From contig WQXJ01000002.1 of assembly GCA_009784895.1 (NCBI GenBank), forward strand, positions 16,903 to 80,902: 64,000 nucleotides of DNA, in the 5' to 3' direction. Numbering within the stretch: position 1 is the stretch's first letter; every line of letters starts with the position of its first letter. Both the position numbers and the translations under genes were made by a program. A model generated the notes under the pieces. It was not told the origin of the DNA and searched no databases. It saw nothing but the letters and a program-made list of their open reading frames with translations. Below are positions 1 to 9,436 of the stretch, one piece after another. The DNA comes from Micrococcales bacterium (GTDB lineage: Bacteria > Actinomycetota > Actinomycetes > Actinomycetales > WQXJ01).

Positions 1-628
1 CGGACAGAAAGTCGATGAAGTCCTCGACGAGTTGCCGGTGGTTTTCAGGACTGACTCGGCCAACACAAGGGGCCGAGCATTTGCCAATGTAGCTCAACAA
101 ACAGGGCCGGCCTTGGACTTGATACCGGTTGAAGACGGTTTTCGAGCAGGTCCTGACAGGAAACACCCTGGTCAGCAGGTCGAGCGTTTCTCTGATGGCC
201 CAGGCCTGCCCATAAGGCCCAAAGTACTTCACACCCTTTCGCTTGGTTCCCCGCATGACCTGGGCCCGGGGGAATTCCTCGCTGATGGTGATGGCCAGGT
301 AAGGGTAGGACTTGTCGTCGCGGTATTTGACGTTGAAGCGCGGCACAAACTCCTTGATCCAGGTGTACTCCAAGGTCAGGGCTTCAAGCTCGGTGCGAAC
401 AGTGGTCCATTCCAGGCCCGCGGCGCTGGTCACCATGGTCCTGGTTCTGGGATGAAGCGATCCCAGGGGTTGGAAGTAGTTGGCCAGCCTGGCCCTGAGG
501 TTCTTGGCCTTGCCCACATAAATGACCCGGCCGTCACGGTCGAAAAAGCGATAGACCCCTGGGGCGGTGGGAATCGCGCCCGGCTCGGGCCTAAAGCTTG
601 GCGGCCAATTGCTCGACGACTCGGCCAT
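1..628 (-). CDS. uvrC: Excinuclease ABC subunit C (UvrC), N-terminal ~209 codons; the gene runs off the window start
   Basis: The minus-strand frame is open from the window edge to the ATG (complement of 626-628). Translation [52 protein letters not shown]... is the GIY-YIG N-terminus typical of UvrC. It is absent from the ORF track because there is no stop inside the window. Track ORF 32..718(+) is its antisense shadow. Confidence 0.85.
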   Translation of the reverse strand, partial: MAESSSNWPPSFRPEPGAIPTAPGVYRFFDRDGRVIYVGKAKNLRARLANYFQPLGSLHPRTRTMVTSAAGLEWTTVRTELEALTLEYTWIKEFVPRFNVKYRDDKSYPYLAITISEEFPRAQVMRGTKRKGVKYFGPYGQAWAIRETLDLLTRVFPVRTCSKTVFNRYQVQGRPCLLSYIGKCSAPCVGRVSPENHRQLVEDFIDFLS

Positions 629-656
629 GGTCCAACCCTAGCCACACCCTCTGATC

Positions 657-1022
657 CACCGAGTCCGGGGTTTGGCAGCACGGCCAACTTCACCGAGTCC
701 AGGGTTTGGCACGAATAGATGCTGTCAAACCTCGTACTCGCGAAAAGGGGCCCCTGACCAGCTCCTACGCGCGAGGTCGGGGTTTGGCAGCACGGCCGAC
801 TCCACCGATTCCGGGGCTTGGCACGGTGGATGCTGTCAAACCTCGGAGTCGCGAAAAGGGGCCCCTGACCAGCTCCTACGCGCGAGGTCGGGGTTTGGCA
901 GCACGGCCAACTTCACCGAGTCCAGGGTTTGGCACGAATAGATGCTGTCAAACCTCGTACTCGCGAAAAGGGGCCCCTGACCAGCTCCTACGCGCGAGGT
1001 TGGGGTTTGGCAGCACGGCCGA
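657..1022. repeat. Intergenic core-repeat array R1 (uvrC / dus)
   Basis: A ~112-bp higher-order unit repeated about 3.3 times (GGGGTTTGGCAG at 667, 779, 890 and 1002). Each unit has two forward cores (GAGTCCGGGGTTTGGCAGCA, GAGTCCAGGGTTTGGCACGA) and one inverted core (GCTGTCAAACCTCGTACTCGCG), about 10 cores in total. Confidence 0.95.
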
Positions 1023-1039
1023 CGGTCGTTGATCCCGTC

Positions 1040-2221
1040 CTAGCCGCCGGAGACTGACAACTCGGCCCGGCGCAGCCGCGCCGTCCACTCCTCCGTTAGG
1101 TCGCGTGAATCGAGCCAACCCTCCGGCAGGGCAGGAGTCTTGACCCCGCCGCGCCGGCCGCGCGGGCCTTCGGCCGCAGCCCCCGGATATGGCGCGTCCA
1201 GGTCAAGTGAATCGAAGAGCGCCCGCAGGTCAGCCAGTGTGGCGATGGCATGGGCCTTCGACCGGGCCGGTCCACCCACCGGATAGCCCTTGAGATACCA
1301 GCTCATGTGGCCACGCAGTTCTCGCATAGCCCGGGCCTCGTCGCCCAGATAGTCAACTAGCAGGTCGGCATGGCGTTGTACGATGCCGGCGACTTGCCCC
1401 AGGTTTGGCCTGACCCTCGTGTGCTGACCGGCTAGGGCAGAGTTGATGTCGGCAAAGATCCACGGCCGCCCCTGGCAGCCGCGACCAATCACCACGCCAT
1501 CGCAACCGGTCGCCGCAAACAGGGACAGCGCGTCATCGGCCTCGAAAATGTCGCCGTTGCCCAAGATAGGAACCGCGCTGACCACCCGTTTCAGCTCCCT
1601 GATGGCGTCCCAGTGGGCTTGGCCCGAGTAGTGTTCGGCCGCGGTGCGAGCATGCAGGGTAATGGCAGCAGCGCCCGCCTCGACGGCTGCTTCCGCCGCA
1701 TCGAGATAGGTCAAGTGCTCGGCGTCGATTCCCAGCCGTAGCTTGACCGTTACCGGCAGGGGCCCGGCTGCCTCGACCGCCCGGGCCACAATCAGCCTGA
1801 ACAATCCCAGTTTCCAAGGCAGGGCCGCTCCCCCGCCCCGCCTGGTCACCTTGGGCACCGGACAACCAAAGTTGAGGTCAATGTGGTCGGCCGCGTCTCG
1901 CTGCCGTATCAAACTGATGGCCGCCGCCACGGTGGCCGGGTCCACCCCGTACAGCTGAACCGACCGCGGCACCTCTAAAGGGTCGTGTTGGAGCATGCGC
2001 CACGACGCCTCCCGGCCTTCGACCAAAGCCCGGGAGGTGACCATTTCGGAGACAAACAACCCCGGCCCAAATGAGCGGCATAACAGCCTGAAGGGCAAGT
2101 TGGTCACACCAGCCATTGGCGCCAGCATTACCGGCGCCGGCGCCACCAGGGGCCCAATGCGCAGCTCAGGGACCACGGCTATCTCCGCCGGCCGGAGCCC
2201 CAAATCGGTGTTGTACAACAC
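1040..2221 (-). CDS. dus: tRNA-dihydrouridine synthase (Dus family)
   Basis: 393-aa ORF with PMAGVTNLPFR, IDLNFGCPVPKV, VTVKLRLG and ITLHARTAAE motifs of the FMN TIM-barrel Dus family. The exact start is uncertain. Confidence 0.85.
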   Translation of the reverse strand: MLYNTDLGLRPAEIAVVPELRIGPLVAPAPVMLAPMAGVTNLPFRLLCRSFGPGLFVSEMVTSRALVEGREASWRMLQHDPLEVPRSVQLYGVDPATVAAAISLIRQRDAADHIDLNFGCPVPKVTRRGGGAALPWKLGLFRLIVARAVEAAGPLPVTVKLRLGIDAEHLTYLDAAEAAVEAGAAAITLHARTAAEHYSGQAHWDAIRELKRVVSAVPILGNGDIFEADDALSLFAATGCDGVVIGRGCQGRPWIFADINSALAGQHTRVRPNLGQVAGIVQRHADLLVDYLGDEARAMRELRGHMSWYLKGYPVGGPARSKAHAIATLADLRALFDSLDLDAPYPGAAAEGPRGRRGGVKTPALPEGWLDSRDLTEEWTARLRRAELSVSGG

Positions 2222-2333
2222 GCCTAGGCCACATGTACATAACGCGTCTGGCCGGTTGATCCGGCAAAACGCGGCAGACAGAGACCGGGGCCGGCACCAA
2301 ACACCCTTCTGACGCCTGTCGAGCCAAACCGCG

Positions 2334-2397
2334 GAGCCGCCGGGCGCTGCCGCACTTGGTCGAACCCGATCCGGCCTTGGGCCACGCTGTCAGGATC
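2334..2397 (-). pseudogene. Degenerate relic copy of the last ~64 nt of glyQS, 97 bp downstream of the real 3' end
   Basis: Segment 2334-2397 aligns with 2431-2494 at 50/64 identity, including a perfect 19-nt block GCACTTGGTCGAACCCGAT. The relic translates to ...AQGRIGFDQVRQRPAA versus the real C-terminus [16 protein letters not shown]. Confidence 0.75.
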
Positions 2398-2416
2398 GCT
2401 GTCTCCGGGCACCTGG

Positions 2417-3841
2417 CTAGGCCAACAACCGAGCCGCCAGGCGCTCTGGCACTTGGTCGAACCCGATTCGCTCTTGAGCCATAGTGTCGCGGTCCCTGAT
2501 AGTGACTGCTTGGTCCTCCAGGGAGTCAAAGTCGACGGTGATACAAAGCGGGGTACCAATCTCGTCTTGGCGCCTATACCGCCGGCCAATCGCACCGGCA
2601 TCGTCGAACTCAACGTTCCAGTGCCGGCGCAACCCGGCCGCCAGGTCGCGGGCCTTGGGCGACAAATCGGCGTGGCGAGACAGCGGCAACACGGCGGCCT
2701 TGACCGGGGCCAGGCGCGGGTCAAGCCGCAGCAAGGTGCGCGTATCGGTGCCGCCCTTGGTATTAGGCGCCTCGTCCTGGGTGTAGGCCTCGACCAAAAA
2801 CGCCATCACCGAACGCGACAGCCCGGCCGAAGGCTCAATCACAAACGGGACGTAGCGCTCGCCTGTGGCCTGCACAAACACTGACAAGTCTTGGCCCGAA
2901 TGCTGGGCGTGGGTGGTCAGGTCGAAGTCAGTCCGGTTAGCGATACCCTCCAACTCGCCCCATTGAGAGCCGGCAAAACCAAAGCGGTACTCAATGTCGA
3001 CAGTGCGCTTGGAGTAATGCGACAGCTTTTCCTGCGGGTGCTCGTAGTGGCGCAGGTTGTCGCGCTTGATGCCCAGGTCGACGTACCAGTCGGTGCAGGC
3101 GTCGATCCAGTGCTGGTGCCATTCCTCGTCCGTGCCCGGCTCAACGAAGAACTCAATTTCCATCTGCTCAAACTCCCGCGTGCGGAAGATGAAGTTGCCT
3201 GGCGTGATCTCGTTGCGGAAGGCCTTGCCCACTTGGCCGATGCCGAAAGGCGGCTTCTTGCGCGAAGTCTGCAAGACGTTGGCGAAATTGACGAAAATGC
3301 CTTGGGCTGTCTCAGGCCTGAGATAGTGCAATCCGGTGTCATCTTCGACCGGCCCCAAATGGGTGCGCAGCAGTCCGGAAAACTGTTTTGGTTCGGTCCA
3401 CTTGCCCCGGCTACCGCAATTGGGGCAGGGCACACCGGCCAGGCCGCCCTCCGGTGGGCGGCCCTTGCGCTCTTCGAATTCCTCTTCAAGTGTGTCTGCC
3501 CTGAATCGCTTGTGGCATTCGGTGCATTCGACCAGCGGGTCGGTAAAGACATCGACGTGACCAGAGGCCTGCCAGACCTGGCGCGGCAGAATGATCGAGG
3601 AATCAAGGCCAACAACGTCTTCTCGGGCTGTGACCATCGACTGCCACCACTGGCGCTTGATGTTCTCTTTCAGCTCCGCCCCCAGCGGGCCATAGTCCCA
3701 GGCGGATCTCGTGCCGCCGTAGATTTCGCCGCAGGGAAAGACAAAGCCCCGGCGCTTGGCTAGGGAGATGACTGAGTCAAGGGTTGATGGCTGGGCCACT
3801 TTCTGCTCGCCTTCGCTAGGTTTCGGGTGGCTGGCTGCCAT
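2417..3841 (-). CDS. glyQS: Glycine--tRNA ligase (dimeric class II GlyRS)
   Basis: Motifs [38 protein letters not shown] and a C-x2-C...C-x2-C insertion. The track ORF starts at 3994 inside the repeat array. The internal ATG at 3841 ([14 protein letters not shown]...) gives a typical ~474-aa protein. Confidence 0.9.
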   Translation of the reverse strand: MAASHPKPSEGEQKVAQPSTLDSVISLAKRRGFVFPCGEIYGGTRSAWDYGPLGAELKENIKRQWWQSMVTAREDVVGLDSSIILPRQVWQASGHVDVFTDPLVECTECHKRFRADTLEEEFEERKGRPPEGGLAGVPCPNCGSRGKWTEPKQFSGLLRTHLGPVEDDTGLHYLRPETAQGIFVNFANVLQTSRKKPPFGIGQVGKAFRNEITPGNFIFRTREFEQMEIEFFVEPGTDEEWHQHWIDACTDWYVDLGIKRDNLRHYEHPQEKLSHYSKRTVDIEYRFGFAGSQWGELEGIANRTDFDLTTHAQHSGQDLSVFVQATGERYVPFVIEPSAGLSRSVMAFLVEAYTQDEAPNTKGGTDTRTLLRLDPRLAPVKAAVLPLSRHADLSPKARDLAAGLRRHWNVEFDDAGAIGRRYRRQDEIGTPLCITVDFDSLEDQAVTIRDRDTMAQERIGFDQVPERLAARLLA

Positions 3842-3974
3842 CCAACCGGCGAGCTTACATCGAACGAAGGTCGAGTCGAAAGCAAACTCGCTTGCATTGG
3901 CGAGGCCAAGGAGTTGTTGACGAGGGCGCGGCCCCAGGGGCAGCCCAATGCTGGCCTCGACCAGTCCATCCACC

Positions 3975-4162
3975 GAGAGTTCAGGGTTTCGCATGATCCC
4001 GGATACTCGCGAGTTCAGGGCTTGGCATCAATCCCGTCCTGCCGTAACTCGGACTCACGCAAGTCGGGGCCTGCTGTCAAACCCTGAACTCGAGTCACAT
4101 CGGCGTGCTGCTAGGCCCTGGACTTCAGTCACTTGGGCGTGCTGTCAAACCCTGAACTCGCG
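3975..4162. repeat. Core-repeat array R2 (glyQS / znuA divergent region)
   Basis: Two forward cores (GAGTTCAGGGTTTCGCA, GAGTTCAGGGCTTGGCA) are followed by inverted cores TGCTGTCAAACCCTGAACTCG (twice) and TGCTGCTAGGCCCTGGACTTC. Confidence 0.9.
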
Positions 4163-4258
4163 CTTCGGCGGCCGGCGCGTACCCTGACTGGCTGTGCGCT
4201 GTACCGCTTGCAGGATCTACGCCAGGCGGACCGTACGTCGCTTTTGACGTCGGCCGGC

Positions 4259-4288
4259 TTGACAACCGGGCTGCCCGTTGTTGAGAAT
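4259..4288 (+). promoter_or_regulatory. Putative sigma-A-type promoter of the znuACB-zur operon
   Basis: TTGACA (4259-4264), an 18-nt spacer, then GAGAAT (4283-4288). The predicted TSS lies at about 4295, which would make the ATG at 4296 leaderless or nearly so. Confidence 0.45.
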
Positions 4289-4296
4289 GGTTCTCA
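4282..4296. promoter_or_regulatory. Zur-box-like 7-1-7 palindrome 1 (TGAGAATGGTTCTCA)
   Basis: Inverted arms TGAGAA/TTCTCA. It resembles the Fur-family/actinobacterial Zur box TGAAAAT-N-ATTTTCA, overlaps the -10 element, and the operon ends with zur. Confidence 0.6.
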
Positions 4297-5174
4297 TGGG
4301 CTTATTGCGAATGGTTCGCATTTGCGGGGCGGCGCTCGCCACCTCCCTGACGCTCGTACTAACCGGATGCGGCGCGCCGGCCGGTTTTGACACGACAGCC
4401 GATGACGGCCCGGTCGTTCTGGCCAGCTTCTACCCCCTGGCCTGGGTGGCGCAACAGGTCGCCGGGCCCGAGGTCAAAGTCGAGCAATTGACCCCGCCGG
4501 GAGCCGAACCGCACGACGCCGAATTGTCCCCAGCCCAAGTCGCGCGGATTGGTCAAGCCGATTTGCTAGTCACCCTGACCGGCTTCCAAGCCGCCGTTGA
4601 CCAAGCGGTCAAAGCCAATCCGCCCAAGACCCTGATCGATGCCGCCCAAGCAGTGGGCCTCGAAGGCCAAGACCCGCATTTTTGGACCGACCCGAGCCGC
4701 TTGGCCCAGTTGGCCGAGCCCATTGCCCAGCAACTAGCTGAGATTGACCCGGACCGCGCCACCGCTTACCGCACCCGAGCCGCCACACTGGTGGAGCAAC
4801 TGGACCAGCTCGACCAAGACATCGCCATCGGGCTATCCCCATACGCCGGCCAAACCCTGGTTACATCCCACGAAGCCTTCTCCTACCTGGCCAAACGCTA
4901 CGACCTCAAACAAGTCTCCGTTAGCGGGATTGACCCAGACCAAGAGCCCAGCCCAGCTCGCCTAGCCGAAGTCCGCCAACAGGTCGAACCCCTTGGCATC
5001 AAGACCGTCTACTTCGAGTCAGCCGCGTCGCCCAAAACCGCACAAGCCCTGGCCAGCGAGTTGGATGTGGACACCGCCGTGCTCGACCCGCTCGAGGTCG
5101 AACCGGCCAGTGGCTCCTACATTGTGGCCATGCGGGACAACCTTGCGGCCCTGAAGAAGGGTCTGAACAAGTGA
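4296..5174 (+). CDS. znuA: Zinc/metal ABC transporter substrate-binding lipoprotein (TroA/ZnuA family)
   Basis: Signal peptide MGLLRMVRICGAALATSLTLVLTGC with lipobox LTGC, plus FYPLAW, PHDAEL, DPHFW and SHEAFSYL motifs. The track start at 4278 lies inside the promoter and Zur box, so 4296 or 4311 is more plausible. Confidence 0.85.
   Translation: MGLLRMVRICGAALATSLTLVLTGCGAPAGFDTTADDGPVVLASFYPLAWVAQQVAGPEVKVEQLTPPGAEPHDAELSPAQVARIGQADLLVTLTGFQAAVDQAVKANPPKTLIDAAQAVGLEGQDPHFWTDPSRLAQLAEPIAQQLAEIDPDRATAYRTRAATLVEQLDQLDQDIAIGLSPYAGQTLVTSHEAFSYLAKRYDLKQVSVSGIDPDQEPSPARLAEVRQQVEPLGIKTVYFESAASPKTAQALASELDVDTAVLDPLEVEPASGSYIVAMRDNLAALKKGLNK
4306..4320. promoter_or_regulatory. Zur-box-like 7-1-7 palindrome 2 (TGCGAATGGTTCGCA)
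   Basis: Inverted arms TGCGAA/TTCGCA with the same central ATGGT as box 1. Its centre lies 24 bp from box 1, and it overlaps the alternative ATG at 4311. Confidence 0.55.
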
Positions 5175-5947
5175 ACCAATCAGTCATTGCCACAACCGGC
5201 CTCACGGTGCAAATCGACCGCTCCCCCGTTTTGACCGACATCAGCTTCGAGCTTGTTTCCGGCGAGGCGGTGGCCCTGCTTGGTTCAAACGGTTCTGGTA
5301 AGTCGACCCTGGTCAAGGCCATTTTGGGCCTGATCCCACCGGCCAAGGGCCAGGTCTCGTTGTGGGGACAAGCTCCGGGACCGAAGGTCCCCTGGGAGCA
5401 CGTGGCCTATGTGCCGCAGGCCTCGCAAGCCGGTTCCGGTGTGCCTACCAGCGCCGCCGAGGTGGTCCGGGCCGGGCTAATCACCGGCCGCAGGCCCTTC
5501 CCGCCCCGCCGGGCCAAAGACAGGGCGATCAACGCGCTGGCCCAAGTTGGCCTGGATGACCAAGCCAACCGGCCGGTCAGCGAGCTTTCGGGTGGCCAGC
5601 GTCAACGGGTTCTGATCGCCCGGGCGCTGGCCCGCCAAGCCAAGCTGCTAGTGATGGATGAACCATTGGCCGGGCTGGACCACGACAGTCAGCACCAGCT
5701 GGTCGATCTGCTAGCCACCACCGAAGATTTGACCCTGCTGGTGGTGCTGCATGAGCTCGACGCCTTCGTTCACCTGCTGACCAGGGCGGTGACCTTGGAC
5801 CAAGGTCGCATCGCGTCAGACCAATCACTGACACCGCTGCCTGAATCAACTGCCAGCTGCCCGCCCCAGCCGCCAGACGACGGCCACCTTCACCCTGAAC
5901 GCCTGACCAAGCCACGAACAGTGCCCAGGCTGGAGCTTGGCCAATGA
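5171..5947 (+). CDS. znuC: Metal ABC transporter ATP-binding protein
   Basis: Walker A GSNGSGKST, signature LSGGQRQRV and Walker B LLVMDEP. It overlaps the znuA stop by 4 nt. Confidence 0.9.
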   Translation: MNQSVIATTGLTVQIDRSPVLTDISFELVSGEAVALLGSNGSGKSTLVKAILGLIPPAKGQVSLWGQAPGPKVPWEHVAYVPQASQAGSGVPTSAAEVVRAGLITGRRPFPPRRAKDRAINALAQVGLDDQANRPVSELSGGQRQRVLIARALARQAKLLVMDEPLAGLDHDSQHQLVDLLATTEDLTLLVVLHELDAFVHLLTRAVTLDQGRIASDQSLTPLPESTASCPPQPPDDGHLHPERLTKPRTVPRLELGQ

Positions 5948-6810
5948 GCCAGTTCTGGGGGTACCTGACCCAAATGATGTCCCAGCCGCTAATGATCAGG
6001 GCGTTGATAGTGGCCGTTTTGGTTGGGGCCAGCGCTCCGGTGGTTGGCACCTACTTGGTGCAGCGACGCCTGGCCCTTCTAGGAGACGGTATTGGCCACG
6101 TCGCCCTAACCGGTGTGGCCCTGGGCTGGCTGATTGGCGCCGGCCTCGACCTCACTCCTGGTGCGCTGGCGGTGCCCGGCGCTGTCGTGGCGGCAGTAGT
6201 CGGGTCGGTCGCCATCGAATTGGTGCGCCGGACTGGCAGGACATCGGGTGACCTGGCGTTGGCGCTAATGTTCTACGGCGGCATTGCCGGTGGTGCCGTT
6301 TTGATCAAGCTGGCCGGCGGCACCTCGGCCAACCTGGTGGCCTATCTGTTTGGATCCTTGGCCACCGTCTCCCCCAGCGACGTAGTTGTGACGGCCGCGC
6401 TTTCTGGGCTGGTGCTGGTGGTTGGGCTGGGCCTGCGCTGGGTCCTGCTGGCGGTCTCAACTGACCGCCCCACGGCTCAGGCCAGCGGCGTGCCAACCTC
6501 GCTGTACAACATTGCCCTGGCGGTTCTGGCCGCCTTGACGGTCACCACCGCCATGCGGGTGGTGGGCCTGCTGCTGGTCAGCGCCCTGATGATTGTGCCA
6601 GTCGCGGTAGCCCAGCTTGGCACGGCCTCCTTCGCCCGGACCATGACAGCGGCGGCCGCAGTGGGGGTCACCGTGGCTGTTGGCGGTTTGGTTCTCAGTT
6701 ACTGGTATGACCTGCCGCCCGGCGCCACCATCGTGGTCCTGGCGATTGCGCTATTTGCCCTGGCAGCCGCGCTGCGCCCGCTGACCAGGCGAAAGGCGGC
6801 CAACCCATGA
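5944..6810 (+). CDS. znuB: Metal ABC transporter permease (ABC-3 family)
   Basis: 288-aa polytopic hydrophobic protein, translationally coupled on both sides by 4-nt overlaps. Confidence 0.85.
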   Translation: MSQFWGYLTQMMSQPLMIRALIVAVLVGASAPVVGTYLVQRRLALLGDGIGHVALTGVALGWLIGAGLDLTPGALAVPGAVVAAVVGSVAIELVRRTGRTSGDLALALMFYGGIAGGAVLIKLAGGTSANLVAYLFGSLATVSPSDVVVTAALSGLVLVVGLGLRWVLLAVSTDRPTAQASGVPTSLYNIALAVLAALTVTTAMRVVGLLLVSALMIVPVAVAQLGTASFARTMTAAAAVGVTVAVGGLVLSYWYDLPPGATIVVLAIALFALAAALRPLTRRKAANP

Positions 6811-7193
6811 CCACCCGCCGGCGCACCTGGCAGCGCCAAGCCATACTCGACGCCCTCGCCGCCAGTGAGAGCTTTGTCAGCGCCCAAGGCCTGCACGCCC
6901 AGTTGGCGGCCCAGGGCCGGACCATTTCGCTGGCCACGATCTACCGTAACCTCCAAGACTTAGTCGCCACCGGCCAGCTCGACCAGGTCAACACCGATTC
7001 CGGTGAAGCCGCCTACCGCGCCTGTGACCGTCAAGAACACCACCATCACGTGGTTTGCCGTTCTTGCGGTACGGCGGTGGAGGTTTTGGCCGATGACGTA
7101 GAAGCTTGGGCCGAGCGCGTCGCCGTTCAGGCCGGATACCGCCAAGTCGAACACACCGTCGAGATCACCGGGCTGTGCCCCACCTGCCCATGA
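6807..7193 (+). CDS. zur: Fur-family zinc uptake regulator
   Basis: 128 aa with a winged-helix N-terminus, HHHHVVCRSCG and CPTCP metal sites. It is the last gene of the zinc ABC operon. Confidence 0.85.
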   Translation: MTTRRRTWQRQAILDALAASESFVSAQGLHAQLAAQGRTISLATIYRNLQDLVATGQLDQVNTDSGEAAYRACDRQEHHHHVVCRSCGTAVEVLADDVEAWAERVAVQAGYRQVEHTVEITGLCPTCP

Positions 7194-7199
7194 CCCGCC

Positions 7200-7405
7200 C
7201 CTTCACACCAGTCCAGGCTTTCGCAGCACCACTCTTTACCGCCAGTTCAGGCTTTCGCAGCACCAGTCTTTACCGCCAGTTCAGGCTTTCGCAGCACTCA
7301 ACAAACTGCTGGGCTTCGACTGCGCGCTAGGCCATCATGCCAAACCCCAACTCGCGGATCTGGGCCAGTGACCAGCCCCTTCACGCGAGTCCAGGCTTTT
7401 GCAGC
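7200..7405. repeat. Core-repeat array R3 (zur / uppS convergent region)
   Basis: Three forward copies of CAGT(C/T)CAGGCTTTCGCAGCACC in a ~34-bp tandem, one inverted copy (ATGCCAAACCCCAACTCGCGG, 7336-7357) and one forward copy (CGCGAGTCCAGGCTTTTGCAGCA, 7384-7406). Confidence 0.9.
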
Positions 7406-7409
7406 AGCC

Positions 7410-8165
7410 TCAGGCTTTGCCGTAGCGCCGGCTCCGGCCGGCGTAGGTCTCGATTGCCTGCCAAAGGTCGCGCCGGTCGACCGCCGGCCACAAGACATCG
7501 CTGAAAACCAATTCGGCATAAGCCGCCTGCCAAAGCAAGAAGTTGGACAAGCGCTGTTCGCCACTGGTGCGCCAAAACAAATCGACATCCGGCAACTCCG
7601 GCTGATTCAAGTGTCTGGCAAAAGAAGCCTCGGTGATGCGCTGAGGTGAGCTACCGGCATCGGCCACCTGGGTCGCCAAGGCCTGGGCAGCCTCCACCAA
7701 CTCGGCCCGCCCGCCGTAGTTGACGCATAAGGTCAAGGTCAGGCCCTTGTTGCGCCTGGTCAACTCCTCAGCCGCGGTCAGTTCGCGGATGACCGAGCGC
7801 CACAGCCGCCGCTCTGAGCCCGCCCAGAGCACTCTTACCCCCCACGAATGGAACAGGTCACGGCGCCGGCGCAGCACCTGGCGCGAATACCCCATGAGAA
7901 AGCGGACCTCGTCCGGCGAGCGCCGCCAGTTTTCGGTCGAAAAGGCGTAGACCGACAGGCACCTGACGCCGGCCTCGATCGCCCCGGCCACCACCTCGAC
8001 CAGGGCTTCTTCGCCAGCGCGGTGGCCCTCGGTGCGTGGCAAACCCCGCTCGGCGGCCCAACGGCCATTGCCGTCCATGACCACCGCCACATGCCGCGGC
8101 ACCAACTCCGGCGGCAGCTGCGGGGCGGCCGCTCCAGAAGCGTGGGCTGGAGGTGAGACGGGCAT
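7410..8165 (-). CDS. uppS: Isoprenyl transferase / undecaprenyl-diphosphate synthase
   Basis: [13 protein letters not shown] and [11 protein letters not shown] motifs; 251 aa. Confidence 0.9.
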   Translation of the reverse strand: MPVSPPAHASGAAAPQLPPELVPRHVAVVMDGNGRWAAERGLPRTEGHRAGEEALVEVVAGAIEAGVRCLSVYAFSTENWRRSPDEVRFLMGYSRQVLRRRRDLFHSWGVRVLWAGSERRLWRSVIRELTAAEELTRRNKGLTLTLCVNYGGRAELVEAAQALATQVADAGSSPQRITEASFARHLNQPELPDVDLFWRTSGEQRLSNFLLWQAAYAELVFSDVLWPAVDRRDLWQAIETYAGRSRRYGKA

Positions 8166-8220
8166 GGTTCACCGTAGCGCACGGCCGATGCCGCCTCTCG
8201 CCTCGGGAGGTCAAGCTAGG

Positions 8221-8368
8221 TGCTGCCAAGGCTCGGACTCGCTGTGTTAGGCCTGGCCAGCCCCCCCTGTTCGCGAGTCCGAGGTTTCGCAGCATGGCGC
8301 CATGCCAAAGCCTGAACTCGCTGAATTGGTTGTCATGACAAGGCTCGGACTCGCTGTGTTAGGCCTGG
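8221..8368. repeat. Core-repeat array R4 (uppS / recO)
   Basis: Order is inverted, forward (CGCGAGTCCGAGGTTTCGCAGCA), inverted, inverted. AAGGCTCGGACTCGCTGTGTTAGGCCTGG occurs twice (about 8228 and 8340). Confidence 0.9.
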
Positions 8369-9100
8369 TCAGGGGCGTTCGACTAGGCGCAGAGCCTTGA
8401 TGGCGCGTTCGATATGCCACTGCACAAAGGCCGCCACCATGCCGGGGGCTTGAGCCAGCGCGGTAGAGCTGGCCGTCTCGACCAGGGGCCAGTCACCGCT
8501 CAGCAGCGCCCCAAGCAGTTCGACTGTCTCGGCGACCGGCGCCGTGGAGCCAGCTGGGCGACAGTTGTCGCAAACCATGCCGCCGGCCGAAGGAGAAAAG
8601 AACTTGTGCGGACCTGGCGCCGAACAGGTCGCGCATTGGTCAAAGGATGGGGCGTAGCCAGCCAAGGCCAGAGACCTGAGCAGGAAGGAATCAAGCACCA
8701 GGGCGGACCGGTACTGACCGCGAGCGAGGGCCCCAAAAGCCCCGGTAGTGAGCCAGAACAGCGGCGTGGCCGGGTCGCGCTCAATGGGCGTTAGCTTTTC
8801 GGCCGTTTCGGCGATGGCAGAGGCCGCCGTGAAGGCAGGATAGTCGCGGCAGATCGGCCCGGCGTAGGCCGTCACGGTCTGAGCTTGTGTAACGGTGTCG
8901 AGGTTTCGGCCGCGGTGGAGTTGTAGATCAACGTACATGAACGGCTCCAGGCGACCACCGAAGCGAGAACCGGTCCGCCTGACCCCCTTGGCGACCGCCC
9001 GGACCTTGCCGTGATGCCTGGTCAACAGCGAAATGATGCGGTCGGCTTCACCGAGATTGTGGGTTCGCAACACCACGGCCGTGTCTCGGTAAGTCACCAC
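8369..9100 (-). CDS. recO: DNA repair protein RecO
   Basis: YRDTAVVLRTHNLGEADRIISLLTRHHGKVRAVAKGVRR OB-fold N-terminus and zinc motif CATC...CDNC. The track start at 9175 lies in the repeat array, so a GTG at 9100 or 9097 (VVTYRD...) is the likely start. Confidence 0.85.
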   Translation of the reverse strand: MVTYRDTAVVLRTHNLGEADRIISLLTRHHGKVRAVAKGVRRTGSRFGGRLEPFMYVDLQLHRGRNLDTVTQAQTVTAYAGPICRDYPAFTAASAIAETAEKLTPIERDPATPLFWLTTGAFGALARGQYRSALVLDSFLLRSLALAGYAPSFDQCATCSAPGPHKFFSPSAGGMVCDNCRPAGSTAPVAETVELLGALLSGDWPLVETASSTALAQAPGMVAAFVQWHIERAIKALRLVERP

Positions 9101-9130
9101 CCGACCATTGTGGCAGCGACGTTCCAGGAA

Positions 9131-9260
9131 CCTGGTGCCAAACCCTGGACTCGCGTGTTGCACAGGTGGTGTCAAACCCTGGACTCGCGTGTTGCACGGG
9201 TGGTGTCAAACCCTGGACTCGCGTGTTGCACGGGTGGTGTCAAACCCTGGACTCGCGCGA
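9131..9260. repeat. Core-repeat array R5 (recO / acyl-CoA ligase)
   Basis: A 34-bp unit GGTGGTGTCAAACCCTGGACTCGCGTGTTGCACG repeated four times, all inverted (cores begin at 9138, 9172, 9206 and 9240). Confidence 0.95.
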
Positions 9261-9436
9261 AAACGTGTCTGGTGGTGGCCGGCCAGGAAGACTGGCTCTA
9301 CCTACGGTGGCGTAGGTGAAATTGGTAGACTGGGGGCCGGTAGTCATGCCCGTCAGCCGCAGTCGACGGGGATTGTCCACCTGCGCCCTGGCCAAGCTTC
9401 GAACACTGACGGCAGATCTGGAGTACCGCGACACTC

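Noticed and set aside
32-718. 228-aa plus-strand ORF at the window start.
   Set aside because: It is the antisense shadow of uvrC, whose GIY-YIG N-terminus reads cleanly on the minus strand. Its 3' part also runs into repeat array R1. There are no recognisable motifs.
672-1032. ORFs made almost entirely of repeat translation. They are 672..941, 706..1032, 13880..14377, 14146..14364, 21769..22350, 21785..22222, 23464..23980, 30005..30283, 51184..51597 and 51408..51710.
   Set aside because: Their peptides are reiterations of SPGFG, ESRVWH, PNPGLA and TRVQGFA encoded by the intergenic repeat in different frames. There is no independent coding signal.
9296-9385. The stretch GGTGGCGTAGGTGAAATTGGTAGAC resembles the 5' acceptor/D-arm of tRNA-Leu.
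   Set aside because: There is no complementary 3' acceptor strand, no GTTCRANYC T-loop and no sensible anticodon stem on either strand. I treat it as chance similarity, or at most a decayed fragment.
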